Made by a program: the position numbers and the translations under genes. The notes beneath the pieces are model-generated. The model saw nothing but the letters and a program-made list of their open reading frames with translations, was not told where the DNA came from and searched no databases. Positions 62,565 through 64,000 of a DNA stretch of 64,000 nt are shown one piece after another. Every line of letters begins with the position of its first letter. Position 1 is the first letter of the stretch. This DNA comes from Microcystaceae cyanobacterium. GTDB taxonomy: Bacteria; Cyanobacteriota; Cyanobacteriia; Cyanobacteriales; Microcystaceae. The stretch covers positions 1-64,000 of the forward strand of contig JBGTGT010000123.1 in assembly GCA_041746575.1 (NCBI GenBank). The letters run 5' to 3'.

Positions 62565-63476
62565 ATGACATCCATGAAATACAAAGGTTTTCGCATTGCA
62601 ACTCTAATGGCAGTCGGTTCAACCTTAGCCTTCGCAAGCCACGCCAATGCTACTACCCTGAAAGTCACCATTGAAAGTTTAGCCCCTGCCAATGGAGCAG
62701 TAGTGACTCCTCTTTGGTTTGGTTTGCATGATGGAAGTTTTGACTCCTTCGATAGTGGTAGTGCGGCTTCAACAGGTATTATGCACCTTGCAGAAGACGG
62801 AATTGTCGGTTTAGAAGGAACCGTTCCGGGCGTTGTGGATTATTTATTAGCCAATGGACTGAATCCTGCCGTCTTGCCTCCTCCTGATAATACTATTGCC
62901 GGAATTTTTGCCAATAGCGCGGCCGGAGCAAATGGTGGGGTTCAAGGGATCATCACAGACGTTCCCATTGGCATCGGCCCTGGCCAGACTTTTTCAAGTA
63001 AGATTCGCATTAATGACGCGACGCAAAATCGCTATTTTAGCTATGGTGCGATGTTTTTCCCCAGCAATGACGCATTTATTGCTAATGGTAACCCCTTGGC
63101 GTGGGAAATCTTCGATGGAAGCGGTAAATTTAAGGGGGCTGACTTTATTATCGGTCGCAATGATATTTGGGATGCCGGCACAGAAGTCAATACGGAAACA
63201 CCGGATGATGTCCCTTTTACCTTTGATCGGGTTATTTTTGGCACCGACGAAAACGGCGTCATTACTCCTCATGCGGGTTTTCTGCCTGCCGGAAGTGGCG
63301 GTGTCTTGGACTTCAACAATGGCCAATTTGCTAACGCTGACTTTACCAATAATCCAAACTATCAACTCGCCCGTATTACCGTTACTCAAGTACCTGAACC
63401 CTCTGCCATTCTTGGTTTATTCACCATCGCAGGATTAGGCCTATTAGGACGCCAGTTAAAAAAACATAAGGAGTAA
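62565..63476 (+). CDS. PEP-CTERM sorted protein with spondin-N-like domain
   Basis: TPLWFGLHDG, LAEDG, MFFPSNDAF, WDAGTEVNTE, VPEPSAILGL-TM-KK. Confidence 0.9.
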   Translation: MTSMKYKGFRIATLMAVGSTLAFASHANATTLKVTIESLAPANGAVVTPLWFGLHDGSFDSFDSGSAASTGIMHLAEDGIVGLEGTVPGVVDYLLANGLNPAVLPPPDNTIAGIFANSAAGANGGVQGIITDVPIGIGPGQTFSSKIRINDATQNRYFSYGAMFFPSNDAFIANGNPLAWEIFDGSGKFKGADFIIGRNDIWDAGTEVNTETPDDVPFTFDRVIFGTDENGVITPHAGFLPAGSGGVLDFNNGQFANADFTNNPNYQLARITVTQVPEPSAILGLFTIAGLGLLGRQLKKHKE

Positions 63477-63496
63477 TCCCCTTACTGCAAAGTCTA

Positions 63497-63578
63497 TGGG
63501 CAGAGCGAGACTCGAACTCGCAAGACCGAAGCCGCCGCATTTTGAGTGCGGTGCGTCTACCAATTTCGCCATCCGCCC
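63497..63578 (-). tRNA. trnL: tRNA-Leu(CAA), CCA not encoded
   Basis: Acceptor GGGCGGA/TCTGCCC+A, D-loop AATTGGTA, anticodon arm CCGCA-CT CAA AA-TGCGG, long variable arm, GTTCGAGTC T-arm. Confidence 0.97.
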
Positions 63579-64000
63579 GAAGGGTCAGCTTTTTGATTAT
63601 AGTCCTTTTGGCAATGCTTAAGCAAGTGATCGTATTCAGGAGAGCTTGCCCAGCGATCAATTTCTCTTGCCCGTAAAACAGGAACAGGATGGCTCAGTTG
63701 TTCGGTATGCGCCGTTTTTAGCATTTCTCCTAATTGAGTCTCGCTAATCGCATCATAATCTCTCGCTTGCTCGATGAAAGCTCCTAAGTTTAACTGAGGC
63801 GCAAGGGTAGGAGAGCCTCCTGTTAATTTCATCAAGACCGACATCACCACTTTAGGATCTTGCATTGCTAACAAAGCAGCGCGATCGCAACTGAATTCCG
63901 CACAGCGTACCCATTCTAACATCTGTTGTTGTAACGATTGAGCAATCACCGTTCCCCAATTGGGCAATAATTGAGCCGCTAAGACAATGAGATTGGCTAA
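63557..64000 (-). CDS. M48-family metallopeptidase, 3' part (5' end outside window)
   Basis: W.RCAEFSCDRAALL, LMKL.GG, SHP.PVLRA.E; frame stays open to the window edge. Confidence 0.88.
   Translation of the reverse strand, partial: LANLIVLAAQLLPNWGTVIAQSLQQQMLEWVRCAEFSCDRAALLAMQDPKVVMSVLMKLTGGSPTLAPQLNLGAFIEQARDYDAISETQLGEMLKTAHTEQLSHPVPVLRAREIDRWASSPEYDHLLKHCQKDYNQKADPSGGWRNW

Larger units (their letters stand above)
560..63888. repeat. HIP1 octamer GCGATCGC dispersed through the window (cyanobacterial signature)
   Basis: Copies read at e.g. 560, 13021, 35280, 37071, 42831 and 63881, plus many others. Confidence 0.95.

Noticed and set aside
58489..63578. aroF-TAL-padC-PEP-CTERM block as an island integrated at tRNA-Leu
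   Set aside because: No integrase, no duplicated tRNA 3' end found by eye, and aroF contains HIP1 sites like native DNA

Overview
Chromosomal window from a cyanobacterium, probably a unicellular Chroococcales type. The signatures are frequent HIP1 GCGATCGC octamers, cyAbrB, pxcA, PEP-CTERM proteins and fused modBC. It is mostly housekeeping and transport: gloA, modABC, glmU, two corA, trmH, trmB, cobT, a pst cluster, hspA, tig, ppc and tRNA-Leu(CAA). The first ~6 kb is a decaying accessory patch with a DUF2808 pseudogene, a truncated COG4705 gene, a two-component pair, and IS1 and IS701 relics around a divergent YrdC-like gene. A stress islet at ~42-48 kb holds a monofunctional heme catalase, TIGR02587/02588, DUF1206, Pmp3 and a FAD/Rieske oxidoreductase, with a recurring promoter motif. 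The best candidate for an undescribed system is the co-oriented trio at 58.7-62.3 kb: DAHP synthase, an MIO ammonia-lyase with a TAL-type YH signature, and phenolic acid decarboxylase. Together they would give a de novo Tyr -> p-coumarate -> 4-vinylphenol route. Other notable items: an M48 peptidase whose last codons and stop lie inside tRNA-Leu, a MITE with TIRs and a 7-bp target duplication, a 21/63-bp tandem array, and two small ORFs missing from the ORF track. All family calls come from motif recognition by eye; no searches were run.
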